A stretch of 64,000 nucleotides of DNA. It comes from a virus. Its lineage: Duplodnaviria; Heunggongvirae; Uroviricota; Caudoviricetes. The stretch's first letter is position 1. Each line of letters opens with the position of its first letter. The DNA is taken from the IMG/VR virus record IMGVR_UViG_3300012983_000030. One strand, given 5' to 3'. Shown one piece after another: positions 37,023 through 45,209 of this stretch. The notes under the pieces are model-generated. The model searched no databases. It saw only the letters and a program-made list of their open reading frames with translations, and was not told the origin of the DNA. A program made the position numbers and the translations under genes.

Positions 37023-39947
37023 TTAAGATACTATACCTTTCGCATTGTTTATTTTTAAACCAACTTTATCACTCATAAAATCAATTACTGCTCTTTTGAA
37101 TTCTTCTGGTGAATTTAAGTGTTTAAAATCAGCATAATTTAATGTAGCTTTAACCTCTGTAGGTAAATTATTAATCAATGATAATAAATCACCTTCTGTT
37201 GCTACATCATCAGGTAAAGCATTTTCTCTAAATTTATTTTTAATATCTTCTACGTCCCAATCTATATCATATAATGTAATTTCCATTTCATCACTTGATG
37301 AAGCTTCTTCAAAATCTAAAGGTCCTTCACGTGATTCTAAACCATGTGCACAATGATAGCAAATCTTACCTAAGTCTTTTTCGTTTCTTAATTCAGACAC
37401 AGGAAACTCTTCTTTGCACCAAACACATTTTTCGGTTCTTTCAAATTCATCATCTTCTTCTGTAGCGTCATTTAAAGGTAATTCTACGTCAGGATCAGAT
37501 GCGTCAGAAGGATTTTTAAATAATACTTCATTCATATCAGATGATTCTACTTTTTTTAAATCTTCAGGACTAATATATTCAACATTTACAAATTCAGCAA
37601 TATCACCTAAATCAGACAAAGCTTCTTCTTTAGAAGCAAATGGTCCAACTACTCCGATATCTTGAGCACCAATATACCAACCTGGTTGAATATCTTCATA
37701 TTCTGGAGCAGCTTCATTTACAAAACTGATACTATGTCCGCGCTGACGTAATTTTTGACGACATCCAAAGCATAGTCTACCTAAATTTTCAACTTTCTTT
37801 ATTTGTTCAGATGGATAATTATTTCCACACCAATCACAACGTGTTGAACCAGTAGAAGTTTCATCTTCTGATAACATAATGCTTCCATCTAACTTACCTT
37901 GTTCCATTCCAGCTTTTACAACAGAAGCTTGTGCTGTTGAATCAAAATCTTTTTCAACAGTAGTATTATCATCTAATTCTAAACTCAATGAATTATCTTT
38001 TTGCTCAATTTCACCAGAAGCTTCTGCTAAATCTAATTGATTGCTATCTGGATTATAAATATACTGGTCATTTGTTGTAGTATCAATAACCTTAACTTCT
38101 ACTTGACCTTCTTCATTATCAGCTTTTTGTTTCCATAAATTAGAAACCTCATTAATAACTGAACTCAATTCAACTCCAGATACTGGAACAGTAGATGTTT
38201 CTGGAATACCATCTTCTTTTATAATGCTAACTTGAGCCACAAATTTTGTAGCACTTCCATTATCTTCTTTGATACTTTCCTCTTTATCAGATAAATCATC
38301 ACCGATATTACTACCCAAACTATAACCAGAAGCTGCACCACCAAGAGCACCTAATGGTCCAGCCACAGCATTTCCAACTAATGCACCCGCAGTACCTCCA
38401 ATTAAACCACCAACTAAACCTTCTTCTATATTTTCTTCAGCTGGCTCACTAATATCAGTTACTTCTTTACGATAATACTTTTCTACATCATATACACCCA
38501 TTGTATCAAGAATTTTTTCAACTCCAGATAAATGTACTAAACCAGATTCTTCTTTGCCAACAATGAAATGTAATGCTTCTTCAGGATTTTCTTTAAATAC
38601 TAAAGCATTACCGTCCATAGAAACAAAACCAGCGGGACATTTTAATACAAATTTCTTACCAGCCTTTGGATCTTCTTCTTTTTTTGCTTCAGTCATTAAA
38701 GATTCTGTAATACGTACATGCATATTATTTTGAAGAGTACTTAATAGATTATTTAATTCAGCTTCATCAAAAGGATATGCAAATTCTAAAACTTTAACAT
38801 CATGGTTTTCAGTATTATATGGACCAAATGTTGTATATGCACCTGACATAGGTTGAGGTAAATTCTTTTTAATATAACGTAAATTTTCAGGTGAACCTTT
38901 TAAAGATACTTCATAACCATATCCGGTTAGTTTATAGTCTAAAGATACGCGTAAAGCTTCTTCAGTTAAATCTTCTTCTGCTACATACTCTCCTGCTTCT
39001 TCAACAGATTCTTTAGGCTCTTCTTCTTCATTTTTTGTAATTGTAATACTATCGATATTTACAGTACCGTTTAACATAGCATTTTTAGCCATAGCTAATG
39101 CTTGGTCTATGTCACTTACTTCATCTTCTGTTTCTGCTTCTAATGTAGTAATTGTTGTTTCAGCACCAGTTTTAGGATCTACTTCACTATCAAGCTTTGT
39201 AGAAGTTTTTGTAACTGTACCATATCCAATATCATCTAATCTTGCTTGTAAAACAGCAGCTTTTTCTAAATCTCTTACCACATTAGTAGAAGAAGTTGCA
39301 ACAGTAAAAGTTTCTTTTAATTCTCTTGGATCTACCAATTCGACTTTTACGGATTCAGATACGGGCATTCTAGTAAAGGTAGAAGACGAAGGATTACCAA
39401 CGCAGTCACAACCAAGTAAAGAATAATTTTCGACATATTTTCCATTCATATCTCCGACACCACGAATTGAAGTACCAATAGAACATTCTGCTTCAAATAG
39501 TGCTCTTAAATTTTTACCTTCTTCGGTATTAAGCACTTCCCAGTCTTGAAACAATACATCAAAACGACCTTTTTTGCCTTCTACAACAATCTCAATGTCT
39601 TTTTTAATATAACTTGCTATTACAACGTGAGATGCTGTTGTAGGTGATACAAATGAACCTTCTGGGTGTTCACATGCTTGACTTAATAATTGTTTAGATT
39701 CAAAACAATTTAATTGTACAGCTTCATCAATAGCAGCTTGTACAACACGAGTTGTATAAATACGTCCATTTTGATTAATACGATTAAGAATTGTACATGG
39801 AATATTTTTAACAATCAAAGTACCAGCTTTTCCAGCTGACATTTGAACGGCTTCTTTTAAACTTTTTGATAATTTAACTTTTGATAAAAATTCAGAAGAC
39901 TCAATAAGGATCTGACGAGTATCCTTTTCGTTTTGATTCTTTGTCAT
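37023..39947 (-). CDS. Prohead protease (T4 gp21-like) with about 770-aa C-terminal extension
   Basis: NQNGRIY, EHP, SHV, T..GK, GTSIRGVG, D.V..PS motifs in the first ~200 aa. Confidence 0.85.
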   Translation of the reverse strand: MTKNQNEKDTRQILIESSEFLSKVKLSKSLKEAVQMSAGKAGTLIVKNIPCTILNRINQNGRIYTTRVVQAAIDEAVQLNCFESKQLLSQACEHPEGSFVSPTTASHVVIASYIKKDIEIVVEGKKGRFDVLFQDWEVLNTEEGKNLRALFEAECSIGTSIRGVGDMNGKYVENYSLLGCDCVGNPSSSTFTRMPVSESVKVELVDPRELKETFTVATSSTNVVRDLEKAAVLQARLDDIGYGTVTKTSTKLDSEVDPKTGAETTITTLEAETEDEVSDIDQALAMAKNAMLNGTVNIDSITITKNEEEEPKESVEEAGEYVAEEDLTEEALRVSLDYKLTGYGYEVSLKGSPENLRYIKKNLPQPMSGAYTTFGPYNTENHDVKVLEFAYPFDEAELNNLLSTLQNNMHVRITESLMTEAKKEEDPKAGKKFVLKCPAGFVSMDGNALVFKENPEEALHFIVGKEESGLVHLSGVEKILDTMGVYDVEKYYRKEVTDISEPAEENIEEGLVGGLIGGTAGALVGNAVAGPLGALGGAASGYSLGSNIGDDLSDKEESIKEDNGSATKFVAQVSIIKEDGIPETSTVPVSGVELSSVINEVSNLWKQKADNEEGQVEVKVIDTTTNDQYIYNPDSNQLDLAEASGEIEQKDNSLSLELDDNTTVEKDFDSTAQASVVKAGMEQGKLDGSIMLSEDETSTGSTRCDWCGNNYPSEQIKKVENLGRLCFGCRQKLRQRGHSISFVNEAAPEYEDIQPGWYIGAQDIGVVGPFASKEEALSDLGDIAEFVNVEYISPEDLKKVESSDMNEVLFKNPSDASDPDVELPLNDATEEDDEFERTEKCVWCKEEFPVSELRNEKDLGKICYHCAHGLESREGPLDFEEASSSDEMEITLYDIDWDVEDIKNKFRENALPDDVATEGDLLSLINNLPTEVKATLNYADFKHLNSPEEFKRAVIDFMSDKVGLKINNAKGIVS

Positions 39948-39992
39948 GGATTAATCCTATAAATATAAAAAACAATTGTTCAATTTATATAT

Positions 39993-39998
39993 TAGAAC
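39993..39998 (-). promoter_or_regulatory. Putative late-promoter motif GTTCTA
   Basis: Upstream of the protease start. Confidence 0.55.
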
Positions 39999-40052
39999 TT
40001 TTTATTTTGTATTTATTAATACTTTTGAGCTTCTTATTACCTTCTACATAAT

Positions 40053-40082
40053 AAAAAAAAAGCCCCTATAAAGAGGCTTTTA
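40053..40082 (-). terminator. Intrinsic terminator
   Basis: AGCC/GGCT stem with a long T tail on the - strand. Confidence 0.65.
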
Positions 40083-40097
40083 TAAATACTAAAATCA

Positions 40098-40892
40098 TTA
40101 TGCCCATTGTGCCATATGTAAAACACTATGATTTTTAATACTATCTACTTCTTCTTTTAGTTTTTCTAATCTAGTTTTTAAGGCTTCTGTAGAAATATCA
40201 AAATCAGCATCTAATTTAACACCATCACGTGCTTGAATAATACTCTCTATAAAACGTAATGAAATAAATTTACATAACCAATCTACTTTAGACATTTCAA
40301 CATATTCTGGAGAATCAAAACCGATTGCTGCATAAATTGCCATTTGACCGAAACCCCAAGGTGCAATTACTTCAACTCTTTCTTCCATTCTATTTATAAA
40401 ATATTGAGGTTGACCAGTTGATAATTCATCATATGAATTGCCTAATAAAGTAGAAGTTATATCAAATGTAGGTGCACTTACTTGAAAGCCAAACATTTGT
40501 TTTTCCCACATAGATGGATTTGAATAATTTGACCAATAAGGTCTCTCTATTCTAGTTACTCCTAAAAAATGAGCATGTGACATTTGTTCAGCTGGAACTT
40601 TTGGACTACCTCCGGTTAAAATATCTGTAAATGGAATATACATACCACCATTATCTAACTTAGGAGCAGCCAATCCTGCCCAATTAAATGTAGTTTGTCC
40701 ACCACCAGATGAATTATATGTAGTACAATAAATAATTCGCATAGGAAAAGATCTATAGTAATCCATACAGCCTAATGTAATAGCATCTTCTTTTAATAAT
40801 GCTTCTTTTGTAGAAATTGCCATATTTGGATTAGCTAAATCTAAATTAATTGCTCTATCTATTATTGGTCTAATTGGACTAAAAGTACCCAT
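40098..40892 (-). CDS. Probable neck/head-completion protein (gp13-like)
   Basis: W...F......I..AR......D...L....E.L.E pattern; head-cluster position. Confidence 0.5.
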   Translation of the reverse strand: MGTFSPIRPIIDRAINLDLANPNMAISTKEALLKEDAITLGCMDYYRSFPMRIIYCTTYNSSGGGQTTFNWAGLAAPKLDNGGMYIPFTDILTGGSPKVPAEQMSHAHFLGVTRIERPYWSNYSNPSMWEKQMFGFQVSAPTFDITSTLLGNSYDELSTGQPQYFINRMEERVEVIAPWGFGQMAIYAAIGFDSPEYVEMSKVDWLCKFISLRFIESIIQARDGVKLDADFDISTEALKTRLEKLKEEVDSIKNHSVLHMAQWA

Positions 40893-40988
40893 ATTTTTCT
40901 CTTTATCTTTTATAAAACAATATGTAATTAATAAACTTTCTTTATTAATTGGAACTTAAATTTTTTAAGATTAGTTTAACAAGCTAGA

Positions 40989-41666
40989 TTATACAGCTGT
41001 ATTTAAAGTATTTAGATTTTCTAAATCTTTTGAAGCATTCATTAGTTTTTCAGAAGGTGTATTGCCAGGTATATCATTACCATTTACCAAGAAAATTTTA
41101 TTTGTATTAAAATCTTTTACTAATACTGTCTCTTGTTTAAATGTTTTTGAAATTTCAATAGCAAATAACAGCAATAATTCACTAGGAACACCGCCTAATT
41201 CAATTGAAGTTGATTTATCATTATAGATTTTATCACCAGATTGATATTTACCTTTAAAGTTATTACCAACAGTTAAAGCACCTAAGTACATATCTGGAGT
41301 ATCTCCAAATTCTTCATTCCATTTTTTAACTAATTTATTTAAAGTTTTATCCTTAAATACATGATTCATTGTAGAATAATATACTTTTTTCAAAAAGGCT
41401 TTCAATCTATTTTTTTCTGAAACATCAATAAGAGCATTTACTGATAAAGCAAATACAATCATACCGCCTTTATATTTAGAAAATCCGTATTGATCTTCAA
41501 CGCTAGCAATATCTTCTGATAAAAAAGATTCAGTCATAGGCATTCTAATAAAAGATTTTTCATTATCTTCTATTGCTTTATACATTCCAGCATTATAATA
41601 ACAAACGCCATTAGGACGTTTATCCTTTCCATCTGGTCTAAAATATTTAATTTCTTCTACTATCAT
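40989..41666 (-). CDS. Hypothetical protein, C-terminal half SAM-lyase/PII-like fold
   Basis: KGKY...YNDKSTSIEL...AIEISKTFKQETVLVKD resembles the T3 SAMase G.Y..EEKT.RV...A..ACNEWEQDCVLV segment. Confidence 0.45.
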   Translation of the reverse strand: MIVEEIKYFRPDGKDKRPNGVCYYNAGMYKAIEDNEKSFIRMPMTESFLSEDIASVEDQYGFSKYKGGMIVFALSVNALIDVSEKNRLKAFLKKVYYSTMNHVFKDKTLNKLVKKWNEEFGDTPDMYLGALTVGNNFKGKYQSGDKIYNDKSTSIELGGVPSELLLLFAIEISKTFKQETVLVKDFNTNKIFLVNGNDIPGNTPSEKLMNASKDLENLNTLNTAV

Positions 41667-42235
41667 TTCTTTTCATCCCAACGATATTTACCAGCACTCA
41701 TTAATTTTCTCAAAAAATATCCATACATATGTCTAGAAAAATTAGGTTTACGAGTGCCTGATAATTCATATTCAGTGTTTTCAGAAATTAATGAAAATTT
41801 TGTTCCATGAATTTTACTAAAACCATTTTCGATATCATGTATTGAAAATTTAGATAAAACTGAACTATTTGGTTCACCATTTTTATCATACCAACGAGGT
41901 GCATATTCTTCTGTTTTCAACAATATACTTTCTTGTTTATATTTACCACATAACCAAAACATATCTTCTGCAAAAGTTTCTTTATTGCCATTATTTATAA
42001 CAAAAAAGGATGCTTCTATTATATCAATCTCGTCTTCTTTTCCACGATTTTCTGTAAATCCACCTAAAACTGTAATATAGCTATAACCCAATGATCTAAT
42101 ATCAGCAGCTAGCTCTTCAGTATACTTTTTATTTTCTTTATTAGAATTTTCACTTCGACATGCAGAAATAAAGCATATTTCATTATCATTAATATGCTTT
42201 AATATTCTACTTAATCTAGCTTCTGTTAGTTTCAT
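41663..42235 (-). CDS. SAM lyase (T3 SAMase)-like protein
   Basis: ISACRS...EN...L...IR, GGFTE, EASFFV, KYKQESIL, GFS..G.KF are colinear with T3 SAMase motifs as recalled. Confidence 0.65.
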   Translation of the reverse strand: MKLTEARLSRILKHINDNEICFISACRSENSNKENKKYTEELAADIRSLGYSYITVLGGFTENRGKEDEIDIIEASFFVINNGNKETFAEDMFWLCGKYKQESILLKTEEYAPRWYDKNGEPNSSVLSKFSIHDIENGFSKIHGTKFSLISENTEYELSGTRKPNFSRHMYGYFLRKLMSAGKYRWDEKK

Positions 42236-42266
42236 TCTTTTAAATCCTTTATTTATAATTTACTAT

Positions 42267-42295
42267 ATTATATACTATAAATTATAAAAAGTAAA
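42267..42295 (-). promoter_or_regulatory. sigma70-like promoter TTTACT-N17-TATAAT for the SAMase-like pair
   Basis: Near-consensus hexamers, 17-nt spacer. Confidence 0.7.
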
Positions 42296-42302
42296 ACAAT
42301 TT

Positions 42303-43076
42303 TTATTTATTCCAAAAATCAGTGCTTAAATAATTATAAAGCCTTGACATAAAACGTTTTTTAGATTTATCATTTAGTTCATTGTAATATGATACAAAAT
42401 CTTCGTCGTTTTTCCATTCATTTTTTAAAAAATCTAATCTTTGTTCTGGAGTAAGGTCTTTTAAACCTTTTTTATATTTATTAAAAGATTTACTAACTAT
42501 TTTAGCTAACCATGCTAAATAATGAGCATTTTTTTCATGAGGTGAATTCCAATACCACTCTTCTTTTGGTTTTCCTATAAAAGAAGCAGCTGATTTTTGT
42601 AAAAATTGTTTATTTTTATCATCAAGAAAGTGTTGAAATTCATGAATAAATGTATTTTGACAATTACCTGTTCTTGCTAATTTCAAAAGAGATTCGCCTG
42701 TCAAATATATGGTATTTTCGTCACCAGTATAAGGATTTACTCCTCTTTTTGAAATGTATTTTTCTAAATCTAAAAGATTATATAAATTTATAACTATTGT
42801 AGGACCACTTCTCCAATAAATTCCATTGGAATCTGTATCTTCTTCGTCTTGATCTAAACTAAAATAAACTCGTAAATAACCAAATTTTGTAGTTAAGTCA
42901 ACAGCTACTTCATCATCTGAATCACAGTAATCTTTTTGAGGATCTAGTTGCTCAGACAACTTTTGTAAAACCTCTTCATATGTATCCAAAGCTAATAATA
43001 AATTTGCTCTGTCTGCATGAGCATCTTCTTTTATCTTTTTTAATTGATTTTCTACAATAATTCTAAACTTAGACAT
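42303..43076 (-). CDS. Zincin-like (HExxH) protein, putative head-packaged protein
   Basis: FIHEFQHFLD with downstream PHEKNAH; MSKFR..VEN leader. Confidence 0.6.
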   Translation of the reverse strand: MSKFRIIVENQLKKIKEDAHADRANLLLALDTYEEVLQKLSEQLDPQKDYCDSDDEVAVDLTTKFGYLRVYFSLDQDEEDTDSNGIYWRSGPTIVINLYNLLDLEKYISKRGVNPYTGDENTIYLTGESLLKLARTGNCQNTFIHEFQHFLDDKNKQFLQKSAASFIGKPKEEWYWNSPHEKNAHYLAWLAKIVSKSFNKYKKGLKDLTPEQRLDFLKNEWKNDEDFVSYYNELNDKSKKRFMSRLYNYLSTDFWNK

Positions 43077-43078
43077 AA

Positions 43079-43675
43079 CTACGCTCCATATGGATCACTA
43101 TCATTACCATAAATATCTTTACCAGCTGCTTTTTGCTTAAAATACTCTTCTCTATCATATTGCATAGATTCTGGAGCAGTTTTATATTCTTCATAAGATA
43201 AATTTGGATTAGCATACCATTTATTAAATTCATCTAAATTAAAAATTTCTATATACTTAAATCCGGCTTGCTTAGCTAATTCTCTTTTTAAAGGATCTAA
43301 TTCTGTCCAAGTATGAAGAATTTTTTTATAAAAATCACCAGGTTTACTTTTTAACCATTCTACATCTTTTTGATGTATAGGATTATTAGGTTCGAAAACA
43401 GATCTTCCATGTTTAATATGTTTGTTTATTTGTATAATCATATTTTCAGAAGGAACAAAAAAATCAATTTGAAAATGACGATGTGTTTCAGGATTTACAA
43501 ATCTGTCATCTGTAATTGACTTTTCTATATCTGGATATTTCTTTTTTAACAAATCATAGTAATATTCCTCGTCTTTTGAAATATTATATCCAGATTCTTT
43601 ATCAAATATTTTTTTATCTCCCTCTGATAAAGAATTATTTAATATATTTTCAACTAATTTACGAAACTTAGACAT
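43079..43675 (-). CDS. Vsr/DUF559-like PD-(D/E)xK nuclease, putative head-packaged protein
   Basis: E...Y..L, IDFF.P....IQIN....HG, D..KR..A...G.KYIEI; likely start at MSKFR (43675). Confidence 0.55.
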   Translation of the reverse strand: MSKFRKLVENILNNSLSEGDKKIFDKESGYNISKDEEYYYDLLKKKYPDIEKSITDDRFVNPETHRHFQIDFFVPSENMIIQINKHIKHGRSVFEPNNPIHQKDVEWLKSKPGDFYKKILHTWTELDPLKRELAKQAGFKYIEIFNLDEFNKWYANPNLSYEEYKTAPESMQYDREEYFKQKAAGKDIYGNDSDPYGA

Positions 43676-43679
43676 ATTT

Positions 43680-45209
43680 TTATCCAAAATTCTTTAATTT
43701 TTGATATGGATTTGCACCATGATGTCTTGGTGCATCCGCTTGAGTATTACCTTCATATGGAACAAAAATTGAATAAGAAGTTGTAGAACGTCTAACATTA
43801 ACTTCTGGATCAAATTCTTTCAACAAAGTCAAAACAGCTCTATTAGTTTTAGAAGGATTATGTAATGCTAATAAATCTAAACCTTTATAGCGAGGATTTG
43901 TTTCTTGAATTTCTTTTAATATACTTTCAATTTGTGGATTAGTTAATTTTTTATATACTCCTGTATTCTTCGTTGCAGTACGTCTTGCCCATGTTTTAGG
44001 ATCTTTAGCCATATACCAAATATCTGGAGCATCTGTTTCTGTATTATATTCTTTACTTAACATAGACACTAATTCATTTGGAGTAATCTCTTCAGCTCTT
44101 GAACCTTTTTCAGTATTTTTTACCCAAGCTTTACCATCATTTATATCTATGATTTCGTATTCTTTTGGCTTTAAACCAATTTCTTTACCCCCTGGTACTT
44201 CATAAATATAACCTTGTCTAGAAAATTTTCTAGCCATTGCAGGACTAATGCCCCACATTTCTAAATAATGTTCAACTCTTTCTGTATTTCTAGGAGGAGT
44301 AGCTTCAGCGATAACTGATTCTTTATTGTCAGATTTTAATTTATATTCACCAGTATTCTTTAAAATTTGTATCCCATAATTAAATGGAAAACCTTTGATT
44401 TCTACTTCATCATATAATTTACGAATAGTAGCTAAAGATAAATTTTCTAACTCATCTTTATACGAATCTAAAAATTTTCTAGTTTTATTGCCTAATTCAA
44501 TATCACCTTTTATAGCTCTATCTTGCCATAATTCTGGAAAACCCATTTCTTCAGAATCTTTATAAATAACTTCATTTAAAAATGCATCATTATAACCATT
44601 ATGCATTATTTCATAAAACTGTTTAACTGGCATTGCGCGTTTTTCGCTTCTTTTTAAATAAGGAATTCCTTTATCAGTTCTGTCATAAAATACTTCTTTA
44701 TAATAAAGTTGTGTTTTATTTGCATCAAAACCTTCTTTATTGGCATTATCTATTCCCATTAATTGAATAACGTGTTTATTACCAGCATTATCAATAAATC
44801 TAAAAGGAGCTTTTGAATATTTACAATTTGGATGAACAGCTGCAGCTATAAAAGAATAAACTTCATCTGTTTTTGAATTACCTCTAGCCAAATCAACCCA
44901 AGCATCTTCAGCTTCTGTTTCACATAATATTTTATATTTAGATAATGCTTCATTTACTACTAATGACATAGATTTTCCAACATTAGTTGAAAATTCTTTT
45001 AGTTTAAAAATATGCTTAGATTCTACCATTTTTTCTAATTTATCCTTTGCTGTCATGACTTCAGGATTACGTTCAGCATATCCATCTTTCATTGATTCAA
45101 TATGTTTATTTAATTCTTTTAAAGCTAACTCTTCATCACCATCAAACTTACTAACTAAACCATCAATAATCTCTTTAGAAGACTTGTTTTCAAAATCTGA
45201 TTCTTTCAT
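43680..45209 (-). CDS. Hypothetical protein (putative internal head protein)
   Basis: 509 aa, several xxES/xxEA sites. Confidence 0.55.
   Translation of the reverse strand: MKESDFENKSSKEIIDGLVSKFDGDEELALKELNKHIESMKDGYAERNPEVMTAKDKLEKMVESKHIFKLKEFSTNVGKSMSLVVNEALSKYKILCETEAEDAWVDLARGNSKTDEVYSFIAAAVHPNCKYSKAPFRFIDNAGNKHVIQLMGIDNANKEGFDANKTQLYYKEVFYDRTDKGIPYLKRSEKRAMPVKQFYEIMHNGYNDAFLNEVIYKDSEEMGFPELWQDRAIKGDIELGNKTRKFLDSYKDELENLSLATIRKLYDEVEIKGFPFNYGIQILKNTGEYKLKSDNKESVIAEATPPRNTERVEHYLEMWGISPAMARKFSRQGYIYEVPGGKEIGLKPKEYEIIDINDGKAWVKNTEKGSRAEEITPNELVSMLSKEYNTETDAPDIWYMAKDPKTWARRTATKNTGVYKKLTNPQIESILKEIQETNPRYKGLDLLALHNPSKTNRAVLTLLKEFDPEVNVRRSTTSYSIFVPYEGNTQADAPRHHGANPYQKLKNFG

Noticed and set aside
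39993-40000. GAACTT read as an ECF sigmaE -35 box
   Set aside because: It is the reverse complement of AAGTTC(TA) and would point away from the adjacent gene starts
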